From assembly GCA_001949185.1 (NCBI GenBank), contig BDGG01000003.1, positions 2,711,158 through 2,775,157 on the forward strand: a stretch of 64,000 nucleotides of DNA, in the 5' to 3' direction. Every line of letters begins with the position of its first letter. Position 1 is the stretch's first letter. This stretch comes from Ramazzottius varieornatus. Its lineage: Eukaryota > Animalia > Tardigrada. The notes beneath the pieces were generated by a model. That model made no database searches, was not told where the DNA came from, and worked only from the letters and a program-made list of their open reading frames with translations. Of the stretch, positions 1-10,304 are shown piece by piece. Made by a program: the position numbers and the translations under genes.

Positions 1-365
1 TGGCTGTCCAGGCGTTCGGGCATGCTGAAACGAGTGCGGTGCCGGACACAGGAGATGGAAGGTGACCACACGCGAGGATGACTTGGAATCACACCACAGA
101 TCCAGCCCTGAAGAAATCTCACCATTTCGTCCACGCTGCACAGTCCCACCGGGAACGACGCGAAGTGCTCTCCAGGCTCCTAGAGTTTTGACAGTCGCAA
201 CAAAGAAATGTGGAACGGTCGAACCCACACTGACGTGAACGTCGTGAAGCTACTGGACTACGTGTACTTTATGTAGAGACTGCTAGTAGGAGCGCACTAG
301 CAGAGTGCCTCCGAACAGCTGGCTGCTTCGCTGCTCGTTCGCGAAGCCATAGCACGCACTACGGT

Positions 366-508
366 ACTAGCACAATTCGCTACGCACAAGAATATTATGA
401 CATCATGATCATAGGAACAAGTTCGTCTCGTAAGCGCTGTGTTTAAAGAGTCGCACAAATTTTACATATGATATGACAATGCTCTTGTGCGTATCGAATT
501 GTGCTAGT
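366..508. repeat. Small foldback/MITE-like element with imperfect ~30-bp inverted repeats
   Basis: ACTAGCACAATTCGCTACGCACAAGAATATT (366) pairs with AATGCTCTTGTGCGTATCGAATTGTGCTAGT (ending 508). No clean target-site duplication (TSD). Confidence 0.55.
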
Positions 509-835
509 GCGCTTTCGCTCGCAATCTCTATAATTAAGTTTTATTACGCACTTCTTTCCTATGTCCACACTCTGGATGCTAATACTGTATTGTTTTGGTC
601 ATGTCATGTCATGCTGCCTTCGGTTTGAGTGTCTGAAACCACCAGGACCACCACAAAAACCCGCGTTCGAGAAGAAACGATACTACAGTTACAGTAGCAT
701 TCTTCGACAAAAACTGTGCAAGATAGGAATGTAAGACCAAAAAAAGCTCGGACGAAAAAAACATTTTCTCCTCAGACACGACGTGCCAGTTGGATGTCTT
801 TGGGCATGATTGGTCACTCGCTGGGTATAAGTCGC

Positions 836-1475
836 TTATAACTGGAAGGTGTGCGGCTGTTCCCACTGATCGCTCACATCCTCGTGCGCGGCGTCGTCGT
901 TGACGATTTGGAACGACGGTATTGGGCTATCTTCCTCCATTTTAACCACCTTCAACAAGCTTTCGAGTTCAAACTGCTGGAACTCCAGTGCTGCCGGTTG
1001 AGGTCTGCTGTTTCTCCATCTTCTCGCATACTCAAACAACGCGCAGAGAAACAAGACACCTACAACGGACCCACAGATGGCTGCAGTGCAGCTAAGTGGG
1101 TTCTTTGCGCAGAAGCTGGGCGGTTGTTTGGTCTTCTCTGCAAACCGAGAGGAATTGTTGGCGGGCGTTCCGTTGGAAGGAACCACCGCAGTCACATCAC
1201 TGATCTTCTTCGCGGCTTGACTGGAGGGATCTGTCTTGGTGTAGTAGTTCAGGCTGGTGTTGCGGAATGAAGAACTGTTCACGTAGGGTTTGTGGTCGGG
1301 AAAGTAGGCAGAAATTTCATGGCTGTCATCTAGAAGAACACGAAGATTTTGGTATGAAGATTATGGAATATGGATGAGGGAAGATTAATCGCTTACCGTC
1401 GATCACTTCCGCGAAGAGTGCTGTTGCCGAACAGCTGAGAAGAACAAAAGTCCACATGATACTAAGGCGCGCCAT
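836..1475 (-). CDS. Orphan type I single-pass membrane protein (2 exons)
   Basis: Exon 1 (1475-1397) encodes a signal peptide, MARLSIMWTFVLLSCSATALFA. The GT-AG intron 1396-1330 joins in frame to ORF 836..1282. That ORF has an S/T-rich ectodomain with N-x-S/T sites, a TM helix (AAICGSVVGVLFLCALF) followed by RRWR, and an acidic tail. Confidence 0.7.
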
Positions 1476-2096
1476 CTTCTCGATCCAGCTTATCCTGCGG
1501 AAGGAGAACCAGCCCAGGGGATGAAAGATATCACACTGCTAGGAAATTCTATACTACCTGCAATGAGGAGAGTGAGGTCCGGACCAAACTTCCAGAATGA
1601 ATTACGCAAAATTATTTCAAAAAGTTTGAGAAGCATGGTCTCGGTCTGGAAGACTGGCGGGAGGCGTAGTCACGACTGTCGTGCTTGGTGACTGGTGAGA
1701 AATGAACACAAGAAACGGACACCGGTCACCCCTCTTTTGTTGTTACAGGATCCATTCCGGACTGAACCATGACAAGGTCCACAACGACCACATTGAGGGT
1801 CAGAAATAGACGCATCAGTCTTGATATTCATTCCACAACAGAGAGAAACAACCAGCTTGGTATGAACTGCAAAGGAAAGCACTTCAAACCATCTCTGCAA
1901 GCAAGGGACAACAATTTTAACGGGTGTGTAGACGATATACCCAAATCGATGACGCAAAATTACGATGGTTAATCGTCCACTTACCATTTGTATTCTACCT
2001 CTGATTATCCCGTTTAAAGCTAGAAAAGATCGAAGATAGTAAACCATGACCAGATGCCGACGGGTTCGTATGGTTCCACTGCTATCTTAACTGGAG

Positions 2097-3990
2097 TTAC
2101 GCAGAAGCTCGAAGTGCGTCGTCGATGACCGGCTAATACCTACAACATAATTCAACATCATGGGGTTCTCGACCTTACGAACGCGTTTCTGGAGTAGCTT
2201 TTCCCATGTTGATCTTGTAAGACGGGAGTAGAGTCCATTTCAGCAATATAAGTAAGTATCTGTGCACCAGAAACCACGTTGAGCAATTCGTCAATATCCG
2301 AGTTCCTTCCATTTGCTGAGAAGGGGGGAGGTGAGCTCTGCGAAGGAACAGGATATTGCTCGTGAGATACCATTTTGAAAAGATGCATCTGCAAGTTGGC
2401 GGATAGGCTTGCCGCTACATACTGCCATGTAAACCAGCGAGGGAGTTTTTGAGTTGTTGTAAAACAAGGAAAGAGGGTTCGTCCGGTTGATGTGGGTTGA
2501 ATACGCCGTCGGCCAGTGAGGTGGGACCGGCTTCTGAGGTTCTTCGCCCAGATACCAGTACACGGAAAACACTTTCGCCAGGTCTTGAGCCATACAAGAA
2601 CAGTTGATACCCGCCAAGCCTAACTCTTTCACTTCCGTCAAAGACCTCCAATCCATGTTCGCACTGAAACAGCTCTGAACGTTTGGATCGTAACGGAAAC
2701 GATTCACAGCGAACAAATAGTGTGACGTAGTTTTCGCAAAGCAAAAAACTAGGTCTCGAAAACATCACAAAAGATTAGAGTTTTCTTTGTCGAACGTGCG
2801 TTGTTTCGGATATGCTAGTAAAGTGACTGTGACGTACCTGCCAACCCAAAATTGGCGGTTATCGCTTGTCCACATTTTGGTGTGTAAAACGCCGCTGCCG
2901 AGGAGGTAAGTGAAGTTCAGGCTACGCACTTCCGCAGCACCTGTATAAGGCTCATCGGTCACAAAACTTGTTTGCATAATCGCACTAGCAAAGATTAAGC
3001 TCGATCACCTAGTTTCTGCAAGACGGATGTGTCATTGTCGGGGAACCGGGCATCTGCGGCACTTTGAGCAACGCGCACTTTGAGTTTCCGCTTCAGGCCG
3101 GCATTCACCAGCAAATTGAATATTCTTTCTCCCTGATGCTGGGGACTTCGATGAGAAGAGACGAGTCCTTCGCCCCGATGCAAATCCCAGTAAAACGACG
3201 CGATGTCAATGGAATGTTGAGCCATGTGGATGAGATCTTCCCATGTGCGAAACGTGGATGGGAAAAGTGGAGCCTCCTTCGGGTACTTCAAATGTCTCGG
3301 CATGGATTCTGACAGTATGAGCCTACGGGTAATAGGCCTTCCAGAGACAGCTCAAAGAGAAGTTCCGATGATAAAAAAATTGAATCGACATCATCCGGAA
3401 GACCGGCAAACAAAACGCGCCAAACTTCAGGTACCTGCATACTCTGATTCAAGAAGAGTTAATTAAACGATGTATCCAGGTACGTGAAGAACGGCGCGTC
3501 TGCAGCTTGCAGCTTCCGGTCTGTTTGTAAAAGGAGCCGAGAAATGCACGTGTACGACGAACTCCTTAGCCTGAATTAAGAATGTTGATAGGTAGGTTCT
3601 CACCTGCATTCCTGGTCATTACATGGCTGCGATCGTCCACGCTGATCCAACTTGTCGGTACTTATGAAAGGCAGGAAAATTATGAGCAAGATCAGAATCC
3701 CCATGATACTGACAGGGAAGCACCTGTAAAAGCCACGAACATCAGAATAATCCCACAATAAAACTAACGCAGCACTAAAAGCGCCATAAACTACGCCGTT
3801 CAATCTTGCGGATGGTATCCGGATGTGACGAAGGACAGCATACCAGGGTTCAATCGCCCGTTTCTTTTTCGCTTCATTAAGTCGCTGCATGTTCCGGGAA
3901 TCCCCCAATCCCAACTCTAAGGCCACAAAGTCTGCCCGATTCTCCGCCGACACCGACAGGACCGTCTGCAACATAGAATATCCTTCGGCG
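2097..3990 (-). pseudogene. PLD3: PLD3/PLD4-like 5'-3' exonuclease, truncated after the first HKD half
   Basis: Spliced exons give a type II TM anchor (PWCFPVSIMGILILLIIFLPF), LILSESMP, IDIASFYW, GVLHTKMWTSD (HKD1), VGSANMDWRSLTEVKELG and SSPPPFSANGR. They then read Y*PVIDDALRASA* (TAG 2133-2135, TAA 2097-2099). No second HKD or GTSNW motif was found downstream. The 5' start is uncertain. Confidence 0.8.
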
Positions 3991-4087
3991 TACTTTACTC
4001 GCGCAGAGCAAGCCCCGATAAACCCGACAATCACAGGGACCCCACTCCACGTTCACTCTCGCGTTGTACTCCGCGCCAAAATCTTAC

Positions 4088-4399
4088 CTTTTTAACAGAT
4101 TTTGATATAGGCGTTCTTTTTGTTTTGAAGTTTTCCTCACGCTGCAGTCTAATTTGTTCGTCCACCACACCAGCCTTCGGTAAAGCGCTACCCAACAGAC
4201 GACTCTTGAGTTTCTCCTTCACCATATCAGCTTCCTCAAAGTGCTCAGCGCATTACCAATTCCAGGTTGTACTTACGAGTCCGAGTCGTTCGATCCATTC
4301 CGCACGACCCTCAGGTGGAACGGGAAACGCCAAGAGCGTCCGTGGCTCAGAACCCTTCTTCCCACGGTGATACCCGCAGGCACCACACGAACTACGCAT
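4088..4399 (-). pseudogene. THAP (C2CH zinc finger) domain relic with an in-frame stop
   Basis: Reads MRSSCGACG...LLAFPVPPEGRAEWIERLG...WNW*CAEHFEEAD...LLGSALP. This has the THAP FP, W, CxxHF and AVP-box signatures. TAA is at 4253-4255 and a GTAAGA donor is at 4087. Confidence 0.7.
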
Positions 4400-4675
4400 A
4401 TTTTGCGAAGAAACAACGTACGTCCGAATTCCGAACTGGTCCAAGCCAGTATAACATTGGCAACATGAGATAAGTTCCTATTAAACAAAATGAAAACGTT
4501 AACCATGAGAGTTTCAAAAAGCTATGCTCTATACAAGAACGAATATGAAATGTTGCGGACCTAAAAGAATGCGAACAGGTAAATTAAACTAAGGTCTTGA
4601 GAATCTCAAAAAATAAATCGAATAGATAATTCGAAACAAAATCTTGAGAATCTCAAAAACACAAACGGTAACATG

Positions 4676-4950
4676 GTTAGCTGACGTCACGCCGACGCGT
4701 AACTGACAAAAATGTTCCTGAATGTTCTTTTTCAGGCTAAACGACTGCAACGTGATCGTCTCGAGGTTCACGAACGTCATACGGACACGTGACTGACGAA
4801 AACGTATCCGAATATTCATTTCCAGATTAAACGAACACGAGTAGACAGCCGCGCGAGCGGCAGACCTCACACCGACACGTGACCGACAAAAATACATTTG
4901 AATGTTCTTTTCAGCCTGGACGACCACGGGCAGACTACCATAAGGTCAGT
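4676..4950 (+). repeat. Three degenerate 90-bp tandem units
   Basis: Homologous cores (GTCACGCCGACGCGTAACTGACAAAAATG...TTTCAG) start at 4686, 4776 and 4866. Confidence 0.8.
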
Positions 4951-7140
4951 TTTACGCGCCATGGTCACGTGACACTAAAATCAGTCAACTATAAGCGTAG
5001 GAAGCAGCAGCCGAGCGTTCACGTCATCCTGACGTCAAACACCCATTTGATACTCTGCATGCACAAACGCATAGAAACGATAGTTTGAACTAACACTGCA
5101 CCTCAAAACCGTTATTATAATAAACTGCATGACTCCTACGTATATGGGAAATCTCACCTGTGTAGTGTGGACGAAAAACTATAACTTGACAGAAAACGAT
5201 CCGATCAGTACTAAGATTCTCGATCAGCAAACGGTGACAAAACAATCAATGCGGAAGACTAAGCGAATGGACCCAGCAGGCTAGACAGACTTCTGCAACA
5301 GATTCCCCCGAAGAAACCCGTATAATGCAAAAGCTTAGAACTGTTCCAGTGAAGCAAAATCAAGCCACAAACGATGCGACTGAGCACAGAAATGGAAAGC
5401 TAATTCCGGTTTGACTGCAGCACTGCAACTAGCGCAATTTCCATCGTCATCATCAAAGATAAGTCAATACTTTCCGCTGTCTTCTCTTTCCTCATAAGTC
5501 TCGCATCTTACACACCCTTTTCTTGACACATTCTCTCTTCGCTCTCTGCCTTTCATTGTTGTGCCAATAGCGAAGAGGACAAAAAAGCACGCCAAGCAGA
5601 TATCTTGTCTTAACTGCTTCCGCGACCGTCCATTCGTGTGAAATGACAGCTGCACATCTCTATCCTGTATGATAACACTCGACTACTGTCGCACATAAAA
5701 CCACTAGTCATCTGGGCGACAAGGTTCCTGATCTGAATGGAAGTTAATCGCCAAGACGAAGTTTACTACAAAGATTCCCACAACAGTTTGATGACATCTG
5801 GTAACACTGTACAAATCAGACAAACAGACGCAGCGGTTAACGCAAAGGCCACCTTTCATCGGTGCCGCGTTCCTAATTATCATGCTATTCAGAAACCACT
5901 CAACACGCTACTCAAGTGCACCATGGAACCATCATCAGCTCAACTTGACGATAGTAATCATCCCAGTTCCCCTTTTTTCGTGCTATTCCCTCTGCGTGCT
6001 TCTCTCAGTTCCCCTCTAAACTTCTGCTTTCTGTTGGTGTTTCTTGTTGTTGGTCTCCTGAGCTTGCCATTAGTGAGATACCACGAACGGACATGGACCT
6101 GCACCGCCGATCTGTTGAAATCAATTTTTTTTACACTTCCGGAATTTACCAACTTTTGGCTCCCGCTTACAGCATGACCGACCATTGTCGAGCCGTATCA
6201 TCAGGTCTAGGTTCACCCTACAGAGTGGAAAACGTTTTTCAGAAATCTGTTCCATAGACGTGCTGCGTGTAGGGCCGGGCTTCATACAAGGCCGTGCCGG
6301 GGACAGGGCCGTGCCACAACGAGGGGCGTACTCCAGGCTTCTGAATGATTCCGACATTTCCCCAACGGAAACTGTATCTGCCCGCAGAAGCCAAGCTATA
6401 TAACGGCGTACACAGCTTGGTCGCTCCGTTCGTTCGGAAACGTTTAAATGTCTTTTAAACGGTTAAACTTTAGCGAACTGGGAAACGACGGGGCTAAGAG
6501 CCAGATTAGCACCGTGTAGAATATTTCACGGAATTCTGAGAGGTGATTTGGAAATTTAGGCAATCAGGCACGCCCAGATCGATGAAAGAGCCGGAACGAT
6601 GAAACATGTGAAGGAAGGAGGAAAAAGGAAGATGCTCGTCCTGTCGGTTCCTGCCGGGACCGCGAACTCTGCCGCATGGCTTATGCATTCGTTTCGGCGA
6701 ATCACACCTTCCGGTACAGTGAAAATGTCGGCCTGAGATGCGCGAAGATGGCATTGAAGGGGGACGTCGCCGCTGCCATTCAACAAAATTCAGTTCATTT
6801 AGAGTTTTAGACTGTTAGCTTTCCCCAGAAGTTCATGGTTTCCCATGTACAGCCTTTGGGTATCAATCTACCATCGAACAAACAATTACGGCTCCTATGA
6901 TACTCAGCAAGCTCTCGGCGCGGGACTGAGCGAGGAACTAAGGACGGTTCCTCCAGGTCCCAGAGACTCTTCGTCTCGGCATTCCTTTGCTCACTTCGAG
7001 ATTTCATACTTTGTTCACGTCCAATAGTTGACCGTCTGTTGGAAGTTTGGCTTTAACACCGCTTTATTTTGACCGATAACGTTGCTGAGAAAACTACAGT
7101 AGCAAAGTGACATACCATACATATTGCAATGCAGTTCATA

Positions 7141-8248
7141 TTAGGTGCGGAAGTATGACTTGTCCCCTGTTTTCAAACAGCAACTTCGAAAATTGTTTTC
7201 TCGCGTTGCAGCAGGGTAATTTGTCTCAAACGTTTTACAGGATGCTGCAACTGCACTATCGTTCAGCTTTTGCATAAGCTCATGGACATTCAGATCATTA
7301 GTGTTCATCGAGCTGCAAAATCGGATTAGCGAAAGTGGCTGTTTCGTTAAAAAACCACCACTTCCGGGAAAATGAACTTTTCGAGCGCCCCGATTCCATT
7401 GAAAACCTGATCACGCCTGCAAAGCATATCTGATGGTCGCTCTTTCAGAAATATAATGAATTTTCCTTTCGAAATAATCGCTCCCAAAGTTGGCGGGGTG
7501 GAAACTTTGAAACGAGTCCAAACAATAAAATCGCCTTGTGAGAGCTGAAAGCCTGAAAGAGTTCGATCGCGAAGCAACTTCGGCCTAAAATACAAGACAC
7601 CGTGGTGTATCTGCTGAACATCTCACTGGAAGTTTTCAAAAAATTCTGGGAGACAGGAAAAACTCAACTCCGACTACCTGACCAAAGTGGCGCATTTTTG
7701 TGGTCGTTTTTACACCCGGAAAAATGGTAATTCTCATTTTTGAGAAACCAAAAGTCGTATTCAGATAACTTCTGACTGCTGTCACGAAGAACCACCTCAG
7801 TTCTATAGAGTGACATGATTCGCTGCCAGTAGCTAAAGAAAAAATTCGGAAAAACAAGGAAAAAATCTTCCCCCTTAGACTATAAACCTAGCTTTCGCCT
7901 CCCGTCACGGTGACAGGGGAAATTCAGGGGTCTCGGGGTCCGATTTAGCGCTCTCTATCGCTCCGAGGCAGTCGGCCGGCGGAGCAATCAACCTGCCCAC
8001 CCATGGGACGCCACAAGACTGCCTTGGACCGGTAGAGGGCGCTGCATCGGACCCCGAGACCCCTGAATTTCCCCTGTCACCGCTGCTCCTGTGGGTCACG
8101 CACGGACTTGATTCTTGCTGCCAGAAAAAGAGGAGTGTTGGGGGTTAACCCACCACATATAGCAGAAGCGAAAAGACAAACATCTCACGCTTAAAAAAAT
8201 GTCGAATGAGTTAGCTCGAAAAGGGACAAGTCAGACTTCCGCACCTGA
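7141..8248. mobile_element. Non-autonomous Tc1/mariner-type element (~1.1 kb)
   Basis: Terminal inverted repeat (TIR) T(T/C)AGGTGCGGAAGT(A/C)TGACTTGTCCC at both ends, with TA on each side (7139-7140, 8249-8250). No transposase ORF. Confidence 0.8.
7906..8085. mobile_element. Nested hairpin MITE (hAT-like)
   Basis: Perfect 37-bp inverted repeat CGGTGACAGGGGAAATTCAGGGGTCTCGGGGTCCGAT (7908 / ending 8082), extending imperfectly inward. The flanks CTCCCGT and CTCCTGT resemble a TSD. Confidence 0.7.
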
Positions 8249-8274
8249 TACTTAACAGATGCAGTATATAGGTA

Positions 8275-8772
8275 CACGCAGGACGAGATATTATGGGCCA
8301 ATGAAAATTACGGGCCACGCGGAAAAGACGGCAAATTTTTCGTTTGGTTGGGAGTCAGAAACAGAAATCGGACAAATGATGTCACGTAGTGAGATTCAAC
8401 CGTAGAAAATTGTCATGGACAGTGACCATCAGCTGATCAGCTGCTTACGGTGTAAGCAGCTTACTCGATAGACTACCGGTAGTCTACCGCTATAACGCAG
8501 CTGTCGACTTTCTCCCGCAGAAGCCCTGAGACAGTTTGAACTATTGAAGGTGTGCGTGTTCCGGTACAATGGAGAATTGAAGATCCATCAAATGGAGATA
8601 ACTGCTGTAGTAAATACGACAAGCTTTAGCCTCGGCCTAGTATTCAGCACGTACGTACAGCAGTGCAGCCTTCAATGCTGTTTTTACTTGCAGTAAGAAT
8701 CACCTGCCCGTGCCGCCGTAGCGAAAAGGCGTGGCCTGTAATTTTACTGGCCCGTATATCTCGTCCTGCGTG
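8275..8772. mobile_element. TA-flanked MITE (~500 bp)
   Basis: TIR CACGCAGGACGAGATAT followed by an imperfect extension (GGGCCA..AAAATTAC.GGCCACGC) at both ends. TA TSD at 8273-8274 and 8773-8774. Confidence 0.8.
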
Positions 8773-8776
8773 TACG

Positions 8777-9673
8777 TCAGTCGGCCAAATGATCCTCCAT
8801 TACGGGGGCCCTGCTTTCCAAATCATCGTCCGGAACTTCTTCGGCTGAGTCGATAGGCAGCATACCAACTGCTTTTCTAAAGCTTGAACGACGTCTTGGC
8901 TTTGGCAATAGTGGTATCTTTCGGACTCGCTCGTCAAGGAGCCCCTTTCTGTGGACATTGCGTGGGTAGAGTGTTCCATAGAATACTCCTATATAAAGAA
9001 TAAAGATTAGTCTGTCTAAATTCGAAAACAAGCAAAACTGCTTGCGCTTACCGTCAAACTCCCCGCGTTCCAAAAAAGCTCTACAGTCCAGCGTAGCCTG
9101 GACGTCTTTTTCGCTCCAGAAAAGATAGTCTTTCCCCTGAACTTCCCCCACTCGTGGTGCGCGAGTAGTTACAGGTGGATAGAGTAAATATATACTATGT
9201 CGAATGATTCTCTGCATCCAACGACGAAAACTTTCACGAGGATACGCCCGGTCTTGTAGGAAGCTGCCGAGCTCGAGATCGTTATTCAGGAACGAACTTG
9301 CTAGTACCACCAGGTCTAACTTTTCTCCTTTGTCCCAGAGCTCTTTCATTCTGTTGTAAGCGAACTGCGCACACATCCCAGGCAGTGCCTGACCGTTCAT
9401 TTCCATTATGATATCATTGGGTTGCAGTCTCCGATCTTCGTCTCGAGTGTTTCTGCAGATCATAAAAAAGCTCGTGCTTTCCACAAACAACAATCGTGCA
9501 TGCTCGTAGCCTCCACCAACAGAGAATCCATAATAGTCGACCCATATCTGCTGTCCTGGCTGAGATTTCTTGTTGCAGAATAACCAGTTTACAGGTGAGC
9601 AAGAGTAGCTGAATACAGGAACATCTGCACCTTTCCATCTCTCCAAGATATTCTCGTCAGCAAAACTGAACAT
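8777..9673 (-). CDS. MAGI-like protein containing only the N-terminal PDZ and guanylate-kinase-like domains
   Basis: PDZ motifs YGFSVGGG and LQPNDIIMEMNG. MAGI-type GK motifs IRHSIY..PVTTRAPRVGEVQGKDYLF and ERGEFDG-VFYGT. One 63-nt intron (9051-8989). ATG chosen at 9673. Confidence 0.75.
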   Translation of the reverse strand: MFSFADENILERWKGADVPVFSYSCSPVNWLFCNKKSQPGQQIWVDYYGFSVGGGYEHARLLFVESTSFFMICRNTRDEDRRLQPNDIIMEMNGQALPGMCAQFAYNRMKELWDKGEKLDLVVLASSFLNNDLELGSFLQDRAYPRESFRRWMQRIIRHSIYLLYPPVTTRAPRVGEVQGKDYLFWSEKDVQATLDCRAFLERGEFDGKRKQFCLFSNLDRLIFILYIGVFYGTLYPRNVHRKGLLDERVRKIPLLPKPRRRSSFRKAVGMLPIDSAEEVPDDDLESRAPVMEDHLAD

Positions 9674-9805
9674 TTTCGACGGGAGCTCGATTGTGCTCGG
9701 TGGCAACGATAAAATCCAGGTGACGCTGGTTCTTGCTAACTGCAGCGGGCCACTCACAGCGAGGCTGTGCACTGCCTTTTCGTATAGCTACACACCAGTG
9801 TCCAC

Positions 9806-10169
9806 CAGCGATGCCCGCTACGGTTAAACTTCTGTAACCGGTAACCCTAGATTTACTGTTGATTATGGAGCGGCGGGGGGTTTCGTAGTTGCGCATGACT
9901 CATCGGCCTGCACAACGGTGGATTGACTGATTATGCGAATGAATCATCTGCGACTACGGAATCGCTCGCCGCTCTATAGTTCACTGTGAATTTAGGGTCA
10001 CAGAAGTTTAACCGTGGCGGCAGTGTTGTGCCACTACGACAGCGGAACCAATTCAAATCCGGTCGCCCATGTTAAGTCTTTGGCTACAGCGGGCCATATT
10101 GGAATTGAATTCTGCATTATGCATTAAAATACATTGTATTGGAACAACACCGCGTAGCGGGCATCGCCG
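9806..10169. mobile_element. hAT-family MITE (364 bp)
   Basis: 17-bp TIR C(A/G)GCGATGCCCGCTACG. Perfect 8-bp TSD GTGTCCAC at 9798-9805 and 10170-10177. Internal imperfect foldback at about 9815-10020. Confidence 0.85.
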
Positions 10170-10304
10170 GTGTCCACAAGTCCAGCTAGGCATTGGCTAA
10201 ACCACACTGTAGTTAGACTTAGAGCGGTCCCCGTACGCGCGCTTTCATCGGATTCGAAAAACCAAATAAATAATCAACAAGACAACATGACAAATATCAC
10301 AGAT

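Noticed and set aside
1670-2047. ORF containing VHTKLVVS as the missing second HKD of the PLD3-like gene
   Set aside because: It lacks the acidic residue and the following GTSNW motif, and two stops separate it from the gene. Likely coincidence.
4676-4950. CRISPR-like repeat/spacer reading of the 90-bp units
   Set aside because: Eukaryotic context, degenerate ~60-nt repeats, only three units and no cas genes.
5050-7100. Short ORFs as a gene or TE relic
   Set aside because: No recognisable motif, consistent exon chain or terminal repeats. Left unannotated.
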